This document shows positions 1-8,308 of a stretch of DNA of 64,000 bases, piece after piece. The stretch is from the sequence record OQ599310. One strand, written 5' to 3'. This stretch comes from Escherichia phage 55. A program made the position numbers and the translations under genes. The notes below the pieces were generated by a model. The model searched no databases. It was not told where the DNA came from and saw only the letters and a list, made by a program, of their open reading frames with translations. Numbering within the stretch: the first letter of the stretch is position 1; the number at the start of each line of letters is the position of its first letter.

Positions 1-39
1 TGTGTTACTATAGACATGTCAACTAGAGGAGAAATCAAA

Positions 40-498
40 ATGACTATCAATTCAGACGTTTTTATCCGCCGCAATAAACTCCGTCGAATCTTTGAAACGG
101 AGTTCCGCAAAATAAATGCCGGTATAAAAGATGCTGCAAAGTCTCTTGGACTACCAGGCTTTCATATCAAGTATTCTCAACATCTCTTAGATCGTGCCAT
201 CCAGAGAGAAATAGATGAGAATTACGTTTTTGAATTATTTCATAAAGTAAAAAATCATGTTAAAGAAGTTGCAGAATTTTTATCAATGCCGGCACGTCCA
301 GATGTTGATGAAGATTTTGTCGAAGGTGTCGAATATCGCCCAGGCCGTTTAGAAATAACTGACGGAAATCTTTGGTTAGGACTTACAGTCTGTCGCGAAA
401 ATCCAGCATTCAAAATGAAGACTCTTCAATGCAGAATGGCTATTATTAACAGTAAACGACTACCAGGAAAAGCTTCTAAAGCAGTGATTAAAATCTAG
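40..498 (+). CDS. regB: RegB-like sequence-specific endoribonuclease
   Basis: 152-aa ORF; GAGGAG RBS precedes ATG at 40 (track start 16 is an upstream in-frame ATG); size and position upstream of tk match T4 regB. Confidence 0.6.
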   Translation: MTINSDVFIRRNKLRRIFETEFRKINAGIKDAAKSLGLPGFHIKYSQHLLDRAIQREIDENYVFELFHKVKNHVKEVAEFLSMPARPDVDEDFVEGVEYRPGRLEITDGNLWLGLTVCRENPAFKMKTLQCRMAIINSKRLPGKASKAVIKI

Positions 499-506
499 AG
501 GTAAAC

Positions 507-1049
507 ATGAGAAAAGCACTACTCGCTGGTCTATTTGCTCTTTCGTTATCAGCACATAGCTCCGAGCATACTTTTAGTAATGTCCAACTCGATAACTTGA
601 ATTATGCTTATCAGTTTGGGGAACAGTTTTCTAAGGACGGAAAATTTAAAACGCATGAAAATATGCATAAGAAAGGACTTGGATACATAATGGCCGCAAT
701 ACTATGGCAAGAATCATCCGCAGGTATTAATCTTAAAGATAAGAAAGGTCACCATGCGTATGGAATGTTCCAAAACTATCTACCAACAATGAGGGCAAGA
801 ATTAACCAGCTTGGTTATAATATGACTGATGCCCAAATTAAGAAAATGCTATCTAAGCGGTCTAATTCAGCAAGATGGGCTTATATCGAATTTTCTTATT
901 GGTTAAATATACATAACGGGGATATAAGAAAAGCTATATCCTCATATAATGCGGGATGGAAGACAAGTGCTGGAAGTAAATATGCTTCTGAAGTCCTAGA
1001 AAAGGCTAATTACCTTAAATCAAATAAACTACTGGAAATAAAAGAATGA
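507..1049 (+). CDS. exported lytic-transglycosylase-like protein
   Basis: N-terminal signal peptide (MRKALLAGLFALSLSAHS); E-S...GMFQ...YNAG pattern resembles SLT-domain motifs. Confidence 0.45.
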   Translation: MRKALLAGLFALSLSAHSSEHTFSNVQLDNLNYAYQFGEQFSKDGKFKTHENMHKKGLGYIMAAILWQESSAGINLKDKKGHHAYGMFQNYLPTMRARINQLGYNMTDAQIKKMLSKRSNSARWAYIEFSYWLNIHNGDIRKAISSYNAGWKTSAGSKYASEVLEKANYLKSNKLLEIKE

Positions 1050-1393
1050 CCAAAGTGTTGGCTTTAATAGTTGGCTTGGTTTCATTTAACACTCTTGCTA
1101 ATACTACATATACTGATGTAACGGAGTATACAAACAGAACGGCGTCTGATTATTGTGGTAAAAGCCAAGAGTGTAAAGTAGATTTTTCACAAAAATTGTT
1201 ATATGCGTATAAAGACGGAGAAAAAGATTGGGCGTCTAGTAGGTTCAAGGCGTCTACCTTAATTAAAAGATACTATAAAAAATGGCAAATATTAGAATGC
1301 TCGGTGGCGGAACCTAAAGATAAGGCAGCATGCAATTCTATGGTGGACCGTCTAGTTGACTCTTATAATAGAGGACTTGCAGCAAGTGATTAA
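1046..1393 (+). CDS. small exported protein
   Basis: 115-aa ORF with hydrophobic N-terminal signal sequence; ATGA overlap with upstream gene. Confidence 0.5.
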   Translation: MTKVLALIVGLVSFNTLANTTYTDVTEYTNRTASDYCGKSQECKVDFSQKLLYAYKDGEKDWASSRFKASTLIKRYYKKWQILECSVAEPKDKAACNSMVDRLVDSYNRGLAASD

Positions 1394-1853
1394 AAACTAT
1401 ATCAAGGGCGATATTGTCGCCCTGTTTTCTAAAGGTAATAATATTGCTCATGGGTGTAATTGTTTTCATACAATGGGCGCCGGTGTAGCAGGCCAATTAG
1501 CAAAGGCTTATCCAAAAATTTTAGAAGCCGATAAACTTCAAACCGAATTCGGAGACGAGTCTAAACTCGGGTCTTATTCGGTTTATGAAAAATATTTTAA
1601 GACCCATAAAGCTTATTGCTTTAATCTTTATACACAGTTTGAGCCCGGACCTAATTTTGAGTACTCTGCTTTAATGAATTGTATAATAGAATTAAATGAA
1701 TTCGGAAAGAATAAGATAACAAAGCCTGTAATTTATATGCCAAGAATTGGTGCAGGTATCGGTGGCGGAAACTGGGATATCATCGAAGAGATTTTAGATA
1801 CGTATTCCACTAAACTAGAAATTGTGATTGTTGATTGGGAACCATTATTATGA
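1356..1853 (+). CDS. macro-domain (ADP-ribose binding/hydrolase-like) protein
   Basis: GDIVALF...NIAHGCNCFHTMGAGVAGQL and PRIGAGIGGG resemble macrodomain Gly-rich loops; start uncertain (38-nt overlap with upstream ORF). Confidence 0.5.
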   Translation: MTLIIEDLQQVIKNYIKGDIVALFSKGNNIAHGCNCFHTMGAGVAGQLAKAYPKILEADKLQTEFGDESKLGSYSVYEKYFKTHKAYCFNLYTQFEPGPNFEYSALMNCIIELNEFGKNKITKPVIYMPRIGAGIGGGNWDIIEEILDTYSTKLEIVIVDWEPLL

Positions 1854-2062
1854 ATATACATTATCCACATCCATACGACCCAAAGAATAAGGCAGTAATT
1901 ATTCGTCAATGGGAACGCATTTGCCGTACTAAATGTCCAATTAATAGTCCACATGATGTAGATAAAGACTACATTGGAACATTCGTTGAATATACCTTTA
2001 TTGATAAGAAAGGTCGTAAACAGCATGTAGAAGAATACTGCTTAAAGGTGACATGGTTATGA
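1835..2062 (+). CDS. hypothetical protein (75 aa)
   Basis: ORF in tight early-gene array; start overlaps upstream gene. Confidence 0.4.
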   Translation: MGTIIMNIHYPHPYDPKNKAVIIRQWERICRTKCPINSPHDVDKDYIGTFVEYTFIDKKGRKQHVEEYCLKVTWL

Positions 2063-2265
2063 GCCAAACAAAAATTCTTACAGGCGCTAAATGCGAAAAA
2101 TGCGAATGGCCTGTAGTTTTTGCTTTATGCAATGACGAAATGGCTTGTGATTTTGATTATTGGTGTTACTGTTCGAACAAAGGTTGTAGCAATCATAAAG
2201 GTGAAGGGTTTTACTCAGGATTTTACCCTTACCCAGATTTCGTTAAAGAAGGTGAACCTAAATGA
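2053..2265 (+). CDS. Cys-rich small protein, putative zinc-binding
   Basis: 70 aa with multiple CxxC-type pairs (CEKCEW..., CYCSNKGCSNH). Confidence 0.45.
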   Translation: MVMSQTKILTGAKCEKCEWPVVFALCNDEMACDFDYWCYCSNKGCSNHKGEGFYSGFYPYPDFVKEGEPK

Positions 2266-2444
2266 AATTGACTAAAGAAGAGAAAGCTAAACTGTTAGAA
2301 CTTATCCATGACCTATTGGATGAACAAGCAGCCACCAATGCGTACGATGAATATGCTCCTTTGACGGACGAAGAATATCACGCATTGATGGAATCATTTG
2401 ACAGGAAAGAACAAGAACTCATTGACTACGTGAATTCACTATAA
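2262..2444 (+). CDS. hypothetical acidic protein (60 aa)
   Basis: ATGA overlap with upstream ORF; helical acidic sequence. Confidence 0.45.
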   Translation: MKLTKEEKAKLLELIHDLLDEQAATNAYDEYAPLTDEEYHALMESFDRKEQELIDYVNSL

Positions 2445-2453
2445 GGGACTCTT

Positions 2454-3035
2454 ATGGCTAGTTTAATTTTTACATATGCCGCTATGAACGCTGGTAAGTC
2501 TGCTTCATTACTTACTGCCGCACATAACTATAAAGAACGTGGCATGGGTGTATTAGTTCTTAAACCGGCTATTGATACTCGTGATTCAAAAGGTGAAATA
2601 GTCTCTCGTATTGGTATTCGTCAGGATGCCAATATAATTACAAAAGACATGGACATCTTTGAATTCTATAAATGGGCTGCAGCACAAAAGGATATTCATT
2701 GTGTATTTGTTGACGAAGCTCAGTTCTTAACTACTGAAAAGGTGTATCAACTTAGTCGTATTGTTGACGTATACAATGTGCCAGTAATGGCATATGGGCT
2801 ACGAACAGATTTTAAAGGTAATCTATTTGAAGGTTCTCAAGCATTAATGGCTATTGCCGATAAGCTTGTTGAACTTAAAGGTGTCTGTCATTGTGGTAAA
2901 AAGGCCACAATGGTAGCTAGAGTCACGGAAGACGGACTTCCAATTACAGATGGCAGTCAAATTGAAATTGGTGATACCGATAGATATGTGTCATTATGCC
3001 GGAAGCATTGGAATGATTTGACAGGGTTGTTATAA
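2454..3035 (+). CDS. tk: thymidine kinase
   Basis: MASLIFTYAAMNAGKS P-loop start, CHCGKKA zinc motif; near-collinear with T4 Tk as recalled. Confidence 0.95.
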   Translation: MASLIFTYAAMNAGKSASLLTAAHNYKERGMGVLVLKPAIDTRDSKGEIVSRIGIRQDANIITKDMDIFEFYKWAAAQKDIHCVFVDEAQFLTTEKVYQLSRIVDVYNVPVMAYGLRTDFKGNLFEGSQALMAIADKLVELKGVCHCGKKATMVARVTEDGLPITDGSQIEIGDTDRYVSLCRKHWNDLTGLL

Positions 3036-3038
3036 ATA
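3031..3038 (+). promoter_or_regulatory. late-promoter-like TATAAATA overlapping tk stop codon
   Basis: exact TATAAATA about 25 nt upstream of the ATG at 3063. Confidence 0.35.
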
Positions 3039-3062
3039 CTAATATCTAATCAAGAGGTATAT

Positions 3063-3275
3063 ATGTAGCAATTAAACGAAAGACAACTTCGTAATCTTAC
3101 TGTAACCCAATTGGATGAAATCCGAAGAGAATTAGGACATTCTATTTCTCATTTAAATGAGGATATCCGTCAAACTGGTTCTAAAGCTGATTATACACGC
3201 AAGCGCAAGCTGGAAAAATACCTCACAGATGTTAAGGCCGTCCAAAGGCGAAAAATAAATACTGGCCAAAATTAA
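3063..3275 (+). pseudogene. small ORF with in-frame TAG as codon 2 (possible amber-interrupted gene between tk and rI)
   Basis: AAGAGG RBS, ATG at 3063 followed directly by TAG, then 68 sense codons with protein-like composition ending TAA at 3273..3275. Confidence 0.3.
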
Positions 3276-3287
3276 CAGGAGGCCTAT

Positions 3288-3590
3288 ATGGCCTTAAGAG
3301 CGATAGCTGTCATAGCGATGCTGGGGTTTTTTGCAGCAACAACTCCTATCGTTGGTACTGCACATATCGACCCATATTTTGATAACTTTATGGAATCAGG
3401 GATTAAAAACGTATATACTTTGTTTGAAATTCAAAATGTCGAGAATTCTGAAAAATTCTATAAGTATATGGCAAAGCATTACAAAAATAGTCCCTGTGAT
3501 GATGCATTTGAATGTCATGAACAAGGCATAAAAACCGCCAGACAATTTGCTGAGTTCATGAAAATAAAATTAGAGCCTACATCTATCTAA
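3288..3590 (+). CDS. rI: lysis-inhibition regulator RI-like protein with signal-anchor
   Basis: 100 aa, hydrophobic N-terminus, AGGAGG RBS; position downstream of tk and size match T4 rI. Confidence 0.6.
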   Translation: MALRAIAVIAMLGFFAATTPIVGTAHIDPYFDNFMESGIKNVYTLFEIQNVENSEKFYKYMAKHYKNSPCDDAFECHEQGIKTARQFAEFMKIKLEPTSI

Positions 3591-3596
3591 TTTACT

Positions 3597-3625
3597 AGCC
3601 CCTTCCGAAAGGTTGGGGCTTTTTG
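3597..3625 (+). terminator. rho-independent terminator after rI
   Basis: AGCCCC...GGGGCT stem with inner GAAA loop followed by TTTTT. Confidence 0.55.
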
Positions 3626-3635
3626 GCATTTAGCA

Positions 3636-3664
3636 GTTTACTTTTCCTCAGGTTGTGTTATAGT
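3636..3664 (+). promoter_or_regulatory. early promoter (sigma70-like, -35 GTTTAC, -10 TATAGT, 17-nt spacer)
   Basis: GTTTAC 3636..3641, TATAGT 3659..3664. Confidence 0.55.
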
Positions 3665-3691
3665 AGACCTTACTTACTAGAGGAGAACATT

Positions 3692-3871
3692 ATGACACGT
3701 AAAGAAAAAATTTCTAAGTTAATGTTTTTGATTGAAGAGTACGCTAATGCGGTATCTGATTGGGAAAATGCTCATGGTTGCGAAGATGGAGACATCGACA
3801 TTAACAGGGCCATGAAAAAGATGGCTGATACGCACACCGAATTGCAAATGTATGTTAACGAGATTATGTGA
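3692..3871 (+). CDS. hypothetical small protein (59 aa)
   Basis: GAGGAG RBS before ATG at 3692; track ORF 3623 extends upstream through the promoter. Confidence 0.5.
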   Translation: MTRKEKISKLMFLIEEYANAVSDWENAHGCEDGDIDINRAMKKMADTHTELQMYVNEIM

Positions 3872-3878
3872 GGATATT

Positions 3879-4088
3879 ATGCTTTACGATTATACTGGAA
3901 AATCTGAAGACGGTGTACTTGAACTTTTACCTGAAAGCGCTGAAGATGACGATATGACGACGGTGATGTTTTGTAAAAATGGCCCTGGGGATAAGGGATG
4001 GATTTATCTTCGTCAAGAAAATGACTTAATTGTTTTGGACCCTAAACAAGTTGAAGAACTTTATCAACATTTAAAACACAATCGGTAG
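3879..4088 (+). CDS. hypothetical acidic protein (69 aa)
   Basis: GAGGA RBS before ATG at 3879. Confidence 0.5.
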   Translation: MLYDYTGKSEDGVLELLPESAEDDDMTTVMFCKNGPGDKGWIYLRQENDLIVLDPKQVEELYQHLKHNR

Positions 4089-4126
4089 TTTACAACTTGA
4101 TAGGACTATGTTATAGTAGTCCTATC
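4088..4126 (+). promoter_or_regulatory. early promoter with 10-bp inverted repeat spanning the -10
   Basis: GTTTAC 4088..4093, TATAGT 4112..4117; GATAGGACTA / TAGTCCTATC arms. Confidence 0.55.
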
Positions 4127-4145
4127 AAACCGAACGGAGAACAAA

Positions 4146-4256
4146 ATGAAACTTTTGCTTATCGCTTATGTTGTAGTACAATACAATTATCCGATGTTTA
4201 CTTATAACATGGTAAACGGCATAGTGAATCTTATTGAAATGAGTATGGTAAAATGA
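4146..4256 (+). CDS. small hydrophobic ORF (36 aa), not in track
   Basis: GGAG RBS before ATG at 4146; stop overlaps next start as ATGA. Confidence 0.3.
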   Translation: MKLLLIAYVVVQYNYPMFTYNMVNGIVNLIEMSMVK

Positions 4257-4432
4257 CCCGTGAACAAGCTAATAAATTGATGGACCTTATCCGTGACCTA
4301 CGTGAAGCCGATTCAGATTTGAATGATGTAGCTTATCACGCGGTAAATGATAACGGAGACTTTTATGAAAATCAGGTTGACGCTTGCCAGAATGCTTTGG
4401 TGAATTTTGTTGAAACTTTAATTGGTGAATAA
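4253..4432 (+). CDS. small acidic ORF (59 aa), not in track
   Basis: ATGA-coupled start; protein-like sequence; stop 2 nt before next ATG. Confidence 0.4.
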   Translation: MTREQANKLMDLIRDLREADSDLNDVAYHAVNDNGDFYENQVDACQNALVNFVETLIGE

Positions 4433-4433
4433 T

Positions 4434-4964
4434 ATGAAAACTGTAATTGAAACAACAGAGTTGTTCGGTGATTTATGTATTGAAAAACGCGGTTATGCTT
4501 ACGTTCTGACGCAAGAAGATGATTCTGTTACTATTCTTCCTATGGAACTGGACAAGATTTTGAAACTCAATCCGCCAGGCCATGCATCTGTAATTAACAT
4601 CGATGAAGACCTTCAAGTTCGTTTTTATCACGGTCTTTATAGTGGGGTTAATATCGAAACAGAAGATGAATGCCTTTCTATCAATAATTGGAAAACATTC
4701 GTCACTAAGGTGAAAGAATTAATGGAATCTGAAATAGCCAAAAAGGCCAAACTTCAATGGGCTAAATGCCGTAATGCTTTTATTACAAATCAGGACCGCC
4801 CTGACTATACAACAGTCCTAGGCGTTAATCCTTCTTATGAAGATGGCGATGTTGTAGTTATTCGTCAAATTGATGACCTTCGTCAACATATCGTTACATT
4901 AGACAAAGATGAAGCAGTTGCTCTTAAAGCTTATCTCGATTCTATTATCCCGACTTTGAAATAA
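4434..4964 (+). CDS. hypothetical protein (176 aa)
   Basis: ATG at 4434 (track start 4422 is TTG). Confidence 0.6.
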   Translation: MKTVIETTELFGDLCIEKRGYAYVLTQEDDSVTILPMELDKILKLNPPGHASVINIDEDLQVRFYHGLYSGVNIETEDECLSINNWKTFVTKVKELMESEIAKKAKLQWAKCRNAFITNQDRPDYTTVLGVNPSYEDGDVVVIRQIDDLRQHIVTLDKDEAVALKAYLDSIIPTLK

Positions 4965-4973
4965 GGAATTATT

Positions 4974-5447
4974 ATGATTATCAATGAAAACTCTTGGCAC
5001 TTTAAAATTTATGCCGCGTTCAATAGTACATGGAATCGTCCGAAAACGTTGTGTGCTTATTTTTGGAAAACGTTAATCCCGGTATTGGCTGTTTCAATTA
5101 TTGGATTTGCGATTTTAGCAGCAGTCACAATCGTTGGCCAGGAAATTTTAACTAAATTCTTTGTTTTTAGCAGTCTATGGACATTAGTTCCAGCCTCAAT
5201 TGGTGTAGGCATTTTAATTGTAGCAGTCATGGCTTTTATTGCTACCGGGTTAGTAATTGGTCCGTCTTGGTTGTTAGACAAATATAACGACAGAAAATAT
5301 TATAAAGAAATTGAGCTCATTGCGCAAAACCAAGAACGAATTAAAAATGGACTTGAGCCTATTGAACGTAAGAAATCATTAATAGGTGAATACCTTAAAG
5401 CTCGTAAAGAAAAAGTCTGTCCTACTCTTGAATATAAGGCTAAATGA
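4974..5447 (+). CDS. membrane protein (multi-TM N-terminal region)
   Basis: long hydrophobic segments (LIPVLAVSIIGFAILAAVTIVG..., VPASIGVGILIVAVMAFIATGLVIG). Confidence 0.6.
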   Translation: MIINENSWHFKIYAAFNSTWNRPKTLCAYFWKTLIPVLAVSIIGFAILAAVTIVGQEILTKFFVFSSLWTLVPASIGVGILIVAVMAFIATGLVIGPSWLLDKYNDRKYYKEIELIAQNQERIKNGLEPIERKKSLIGEYLKARKEKVCPTLEYKAK

Positions 5448-6433
5448 TGAAAACAATTATGAAAGGCTACTTTGGTAGCCACCTTTATGGAACGTCTACT
5501 CCTGAATCTGACGTCGATTTTAAAGAAATTTATGTCCCTCATGCTCGTGATATCTTGACAGGTAACGTTAAAGAACATATGAGCAAGAACACGAATAACA
5601 CATCTTCTAAGAACACAAAAGACGACGTGGACCATGAGTTGTATAGTCTCAAATATTTCTTTAAACTAGCTGCGGATGGTGAAACTGTTGCATTAGATAT
5701 GCTTCACACTCCACCAAGTCTAGTAGTTAAATCTGATTTGCCTGATGTATGGAAGTATATTCAAGATAACAGGTCTCGTTTCTATACCACTAACATGAAA
5801 TCTTATTTAGGGTATGTCCGTAAGCAAGCTTCTAAATATGGTGTCAAGGGTTCTCGACTGGCTGTTCTTCGTCAAGCCCTTAAACGTTCTAATGAATGGG
5901 GACAATACTTTGATAACGGTGCAGTAATTCGTTTATCACATATGAAGAATGTTCTGCCTGTAGGTGAATTTGCTTCGTGGGTTGAAACCGAAAACGAGAA
6001 AACAGGTAAGCAAACATTCTATAATCTGTTAGACCGTAAATTCCAAGATACGTTAACCAATAAAGAGTTCAATGCCATCCTGGTTAAACTGGAAGAGAAC
6101 TATGGCGAACGTGCTCGTAAAGCAGAAGCTAACGAAGGTATTGACTGGAAAGCATTGAGTCATGCATGTCGTGGTGGACTTCAATTATTGGAAATTTACA
6201 AAACCGGCGACCTGGTTTACCCACTTCAGGATGCTCCATTTATTCTCGATGTTAAGCTTGGTAAACATACGTTTAAAACTGTACAAGAATTCCTAGAAGA
6301 TATCGTTGTCCAAGTTGAACATGCGTCAGAACAAGCTGCCAAGAACGGTATGCAACAAAAAGTAGATATGAGTTTCTGGGATGATTTCCTTGAGCAAGTC
6401 TATCTCGAAAATCATAATTCTTACTATAAATAA
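5444..6433 (+). CDS. nucleotidyltransferase-fold protein (Pol-beta-like)
   Basis: N-terminal YFGSHLYGTSTPESDVD fits the G[GS]-x(9-13)-DxD NTase signature; C-terminal ~200 aa unassigned. Confidence 0.5.
   Translation: MMKTIMKGYFGSHLYGTSTPESDVDFKEIYVPHARDILTGNVKEHMSKNTNNTSSKNTKDDVDHELYSLKYFFKLAADGETVALDMLHTPPSLVVKSDLPDVWKYIQDNRSRFYTTNMKSYLGYVRKQASKYGVKGSRLAVLRQALKRSNEWGQYFDNGAVIRLSHMKNVLPVGEFASWVETENEKTGKQTFYNLLDRKFQDTLTNKEFNAILVKLEENYGERARKAEANEGIDWKALSHACRGGLQLLEIYKTGDLVYPLQDAPFILDVKLGKHTFKTVQEFLEDIVVQVEHASEQAAKNGMQQKVDMSFWDDFLEQVYLENHNSYYK
6425..6432 (+). promoter_or_regulatory. late promoter TATAAATA
   Basis: exact TATAAATA 33 nt upstream of ATG 6465. Confidence 0.5.
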
Positions 6434-6464
6434 GTAGATAAATAACCCTTAACTTGAGGTAAAT

Positions 6465-6725
6465 ATGAAAAAATTAGCAATCGGTTTATTCGCAGTAATG
6501 ATGGCATTCTCTGTTGGTGCTACCACAGGAGCTGGTGGTAACCAGTCTTCTGGGCCTTCCAACGGTTCGGTAAATGCATCACATTCTCAGGGTATTGAGA
6601 ATATCAAATCAAGCTATATTAATAGCACGGCCGGACAAGCAACTGAAGCATGGTCAAAGGGTCGAGTAGTTACACGCTCCGTATTCTGTGATATGCCTAA
6701 TTATGTTGCTAAGTGTGATAAGTAA
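6465..6725 (+). CDS. small secreted Gly/Ser-rich protein
   Basis: signal peptide MKKLAIGLFAVMMAFSVGA; preceded by late-promoter motif. Confidence 0.6.
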   Translation: MKKLAIGLFAVMMAFSVGATTGAGGNQSSGPSNGSVNASHSQGIENIKSSYINSTAGQATEAWSKGRVVTRSVFCDMPNYVAKCDK

Positions 6726-6730
6726 ATGTG

Positions 6731-6750
6731 GGGACCTTCGGGTCCCTTTA
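6731..6750 (+). terminator. stem-loop terminator with UUCG tetraloop
   Basis: GGGACC-TTCG-GGTCCC followed by TTTA. Confidence 0.55.
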
Positions 6751-6777
6751 GGGGGTTAAAATATTTTTAAAAAGTAG

Positions 6778-6812
6778 TGTACATGCTTTTAGGATATGAT
6801 ACTATAGACCTA
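6778..6812 (+). promoter_or_regulatory. early promoter (-35 TGTACA; conserved ACTATAGACCTATC downstream box)
   Basis: TGTACA 6778..6783 followed by GATACTATAGACCTATC. Confidence 0.45.
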
Positions 6813-6843
6813 TCGAAACGAAATGAGTAAATTGGAGAATAAA

Positions 6844-7824
6844 ATGTTCAACGTTCAAATCAAAAAAGGTATCTATCGTAATAACGAAATCTCTGGTTCT
6901 TATGTTGCCACAAAGACCTGGTTCCCGGCAAAGCTTAATCCTGAATGTTCCCACTTAGGTGATGGTAAAATTTTCGTTATGATTGATGGTTCTGAACGTG
7001 GAGTATGGGTCTTCAAATCAGACATCGTAATGGAAGGAGTTGAGACGTCACCAGTTGCAGTTGTTGAAAGCACTGAAGATATGAAAACTCGTATCAACAA
7101 ACGCTTTAAAGTAATGAACATGATGACGAATGGCATTATTGATGGCAAAATTCGTTCACTCATTATTTCAGGTGCAGCTGGTATTGGTAAGACGTATTCT
7201 CTGGATAAAGCACTTAATAATGCTAATGATAATGGTTTCATCAAATACAAAAGCATTAATGGTAAAATCTCCGGTATTGGCCTTTACGAACAACTTTGGC
7301 TCAACCGTGATGAAGACAGCGTTCTCTTAATCGATGACGTTGACGTATTCTCAGATATGGACATCCTGAACCTTCTTAAAGCAGCATTAGATACCGGCGA
7401 TAAACGCAAAGTTTGTTGGAGCACTGCGTCATCTTATCTCGATGATAAGGGTATTGATAAAGAATTTGAGTTTGAAGGTACTATCGTTTTCATTACAAAC
7501 GTTGATATCGATAAAGAGTTAGAACGCGGTTCGAAACTTGCTCCGCACCTTCAAGCTTTAGTATCTCGTTCAGTGTATTTAGACCTTGGAGTACACTCTA
7601 ATGAAGAGATTATGGTTCGAGTTGAAGATGTAATATTATCTACTGACATGATGCAGAAACGTGGTCTGACGGATGCAGAAACGTATAAAGCATTGTCCTG
7701 GATGAAGGCTAACGTATCTCGTCTTCGCAATGTATCATTACGTACGGCTCTTTATGTAGCAGATTTTATTTCAACCGATAAAGATGGTTGGGAGGAAATC
7801 TCTGAAGTAACTTTACTGAAATAA
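6844..7824 (+). CDS. P-loop ATPase
   Basis: Walker A GAAGIGKT, Walker B VLLIDDVD; GGAG RBS before ATG 6844 (track start 6823 lacks RBS). Confidence 0.6.
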   Translation: MFNVQIKKGIYRNNEISGSYVATKTWFPAKLNPECSHLGDGKIFVMIDGSERGVWVFKSDIVMEGVETSPVAVVESTEDMKTRINKRFKVMNMMTNGIIDGKIRSLIISGAAGIGKTYSLDKALNNANDNGFIKYKSINGKISGIGLYEQLWLNRDEDSVLLIDDVDVFSDMDILNLLKAALDTGDKRKVCWSTASSYLDDKGIDKEFEFEGTIVFITNVDIDKELERGSKLAPHLQALVSRSVYLDLGVHSNEEIMVRVEDVILSTDMMQKRGLTDAETYKALSWMKANVSRLRNVSLRTALYVADFISTDKDGWEEISEVTLLK

Positions 7825-7962
7825 GCTTATAGGAAGTTCTGAGGTAACAAAAGCCATAAAGATGAATAATCATATGGCTTACCTAAAAGAAGGACACCAG
7901 GAACCTACTGAGGGCATAGAAATATTTAAAAATAATGATGTACAAATCAAAGAGGATATGTT

Positions 7963-8250
7963 ATGGATTTTATGCAAAAAATTAAAGCCGCAGTCGAACT
8001 CTATGCTCATCGTATGGTTAGTTCTACGATGCAATATAGCGAGGAGGTTCGCCAGGACTCTTCCTTGAAAGGAAAAACTAAAGCCTTAATTACCTTAGAT
8101 CATTTGCAAAAGAGTGCCATAGAGATGCTCCAGTACGACAAGGATGCGTATAAGAAAGAACAGGAAGAGAAACTTAAATCTGAAAAATTACAAAAAATCC
8201 CGAAGTCGGTTTGGTTCAGTGGAAAAAATACCGAAAAAAGTTTCTTTTAG
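7963..8250 (+). CDS. hypothetical protein (95 aa)
   Basis: AAGAGG RBS before ATG 7963. Confidence 0.5.
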   Translation: MDFMQKIKAAVELYAHRMVSSTMQYSEEVRQDSSLKGKTKALITLDHLQKSAIEMLQYDKDAYKKEQEEKLKSEKLQKIPKSVWFSGKNTEKSFF

Positions 8251-8252
8251 TT

Positions 8253-8281
8253 GTTTACAAGGTCTATGATTATGTTATTAT
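8253..8281 (+). promoter_or_regulatory. early promoter with inverted repeat
   Basis: GTTTAC 8253..8258, TATTAT 8276..8281; GGTCTAT/ATAGACC arms. Confidence 0.5.
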
Positions 8282-8308
8282 AGACCTATCAACTACTGGA
8301 GGTAAAAC

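Noticed and set aside
1733-2026. Minus-strand ORFs in the track lying inside well-supported + strand genes (this one and others such as 5300..5635, 24493..24699, 29894..30334, 39126..39491, 61321..61698)
   Set aside because: They overlap conserved + strand coding sequence entirely, lack RBS-like signals, and fit antisense shadow ORFs in a uniformly + strand T-even early region
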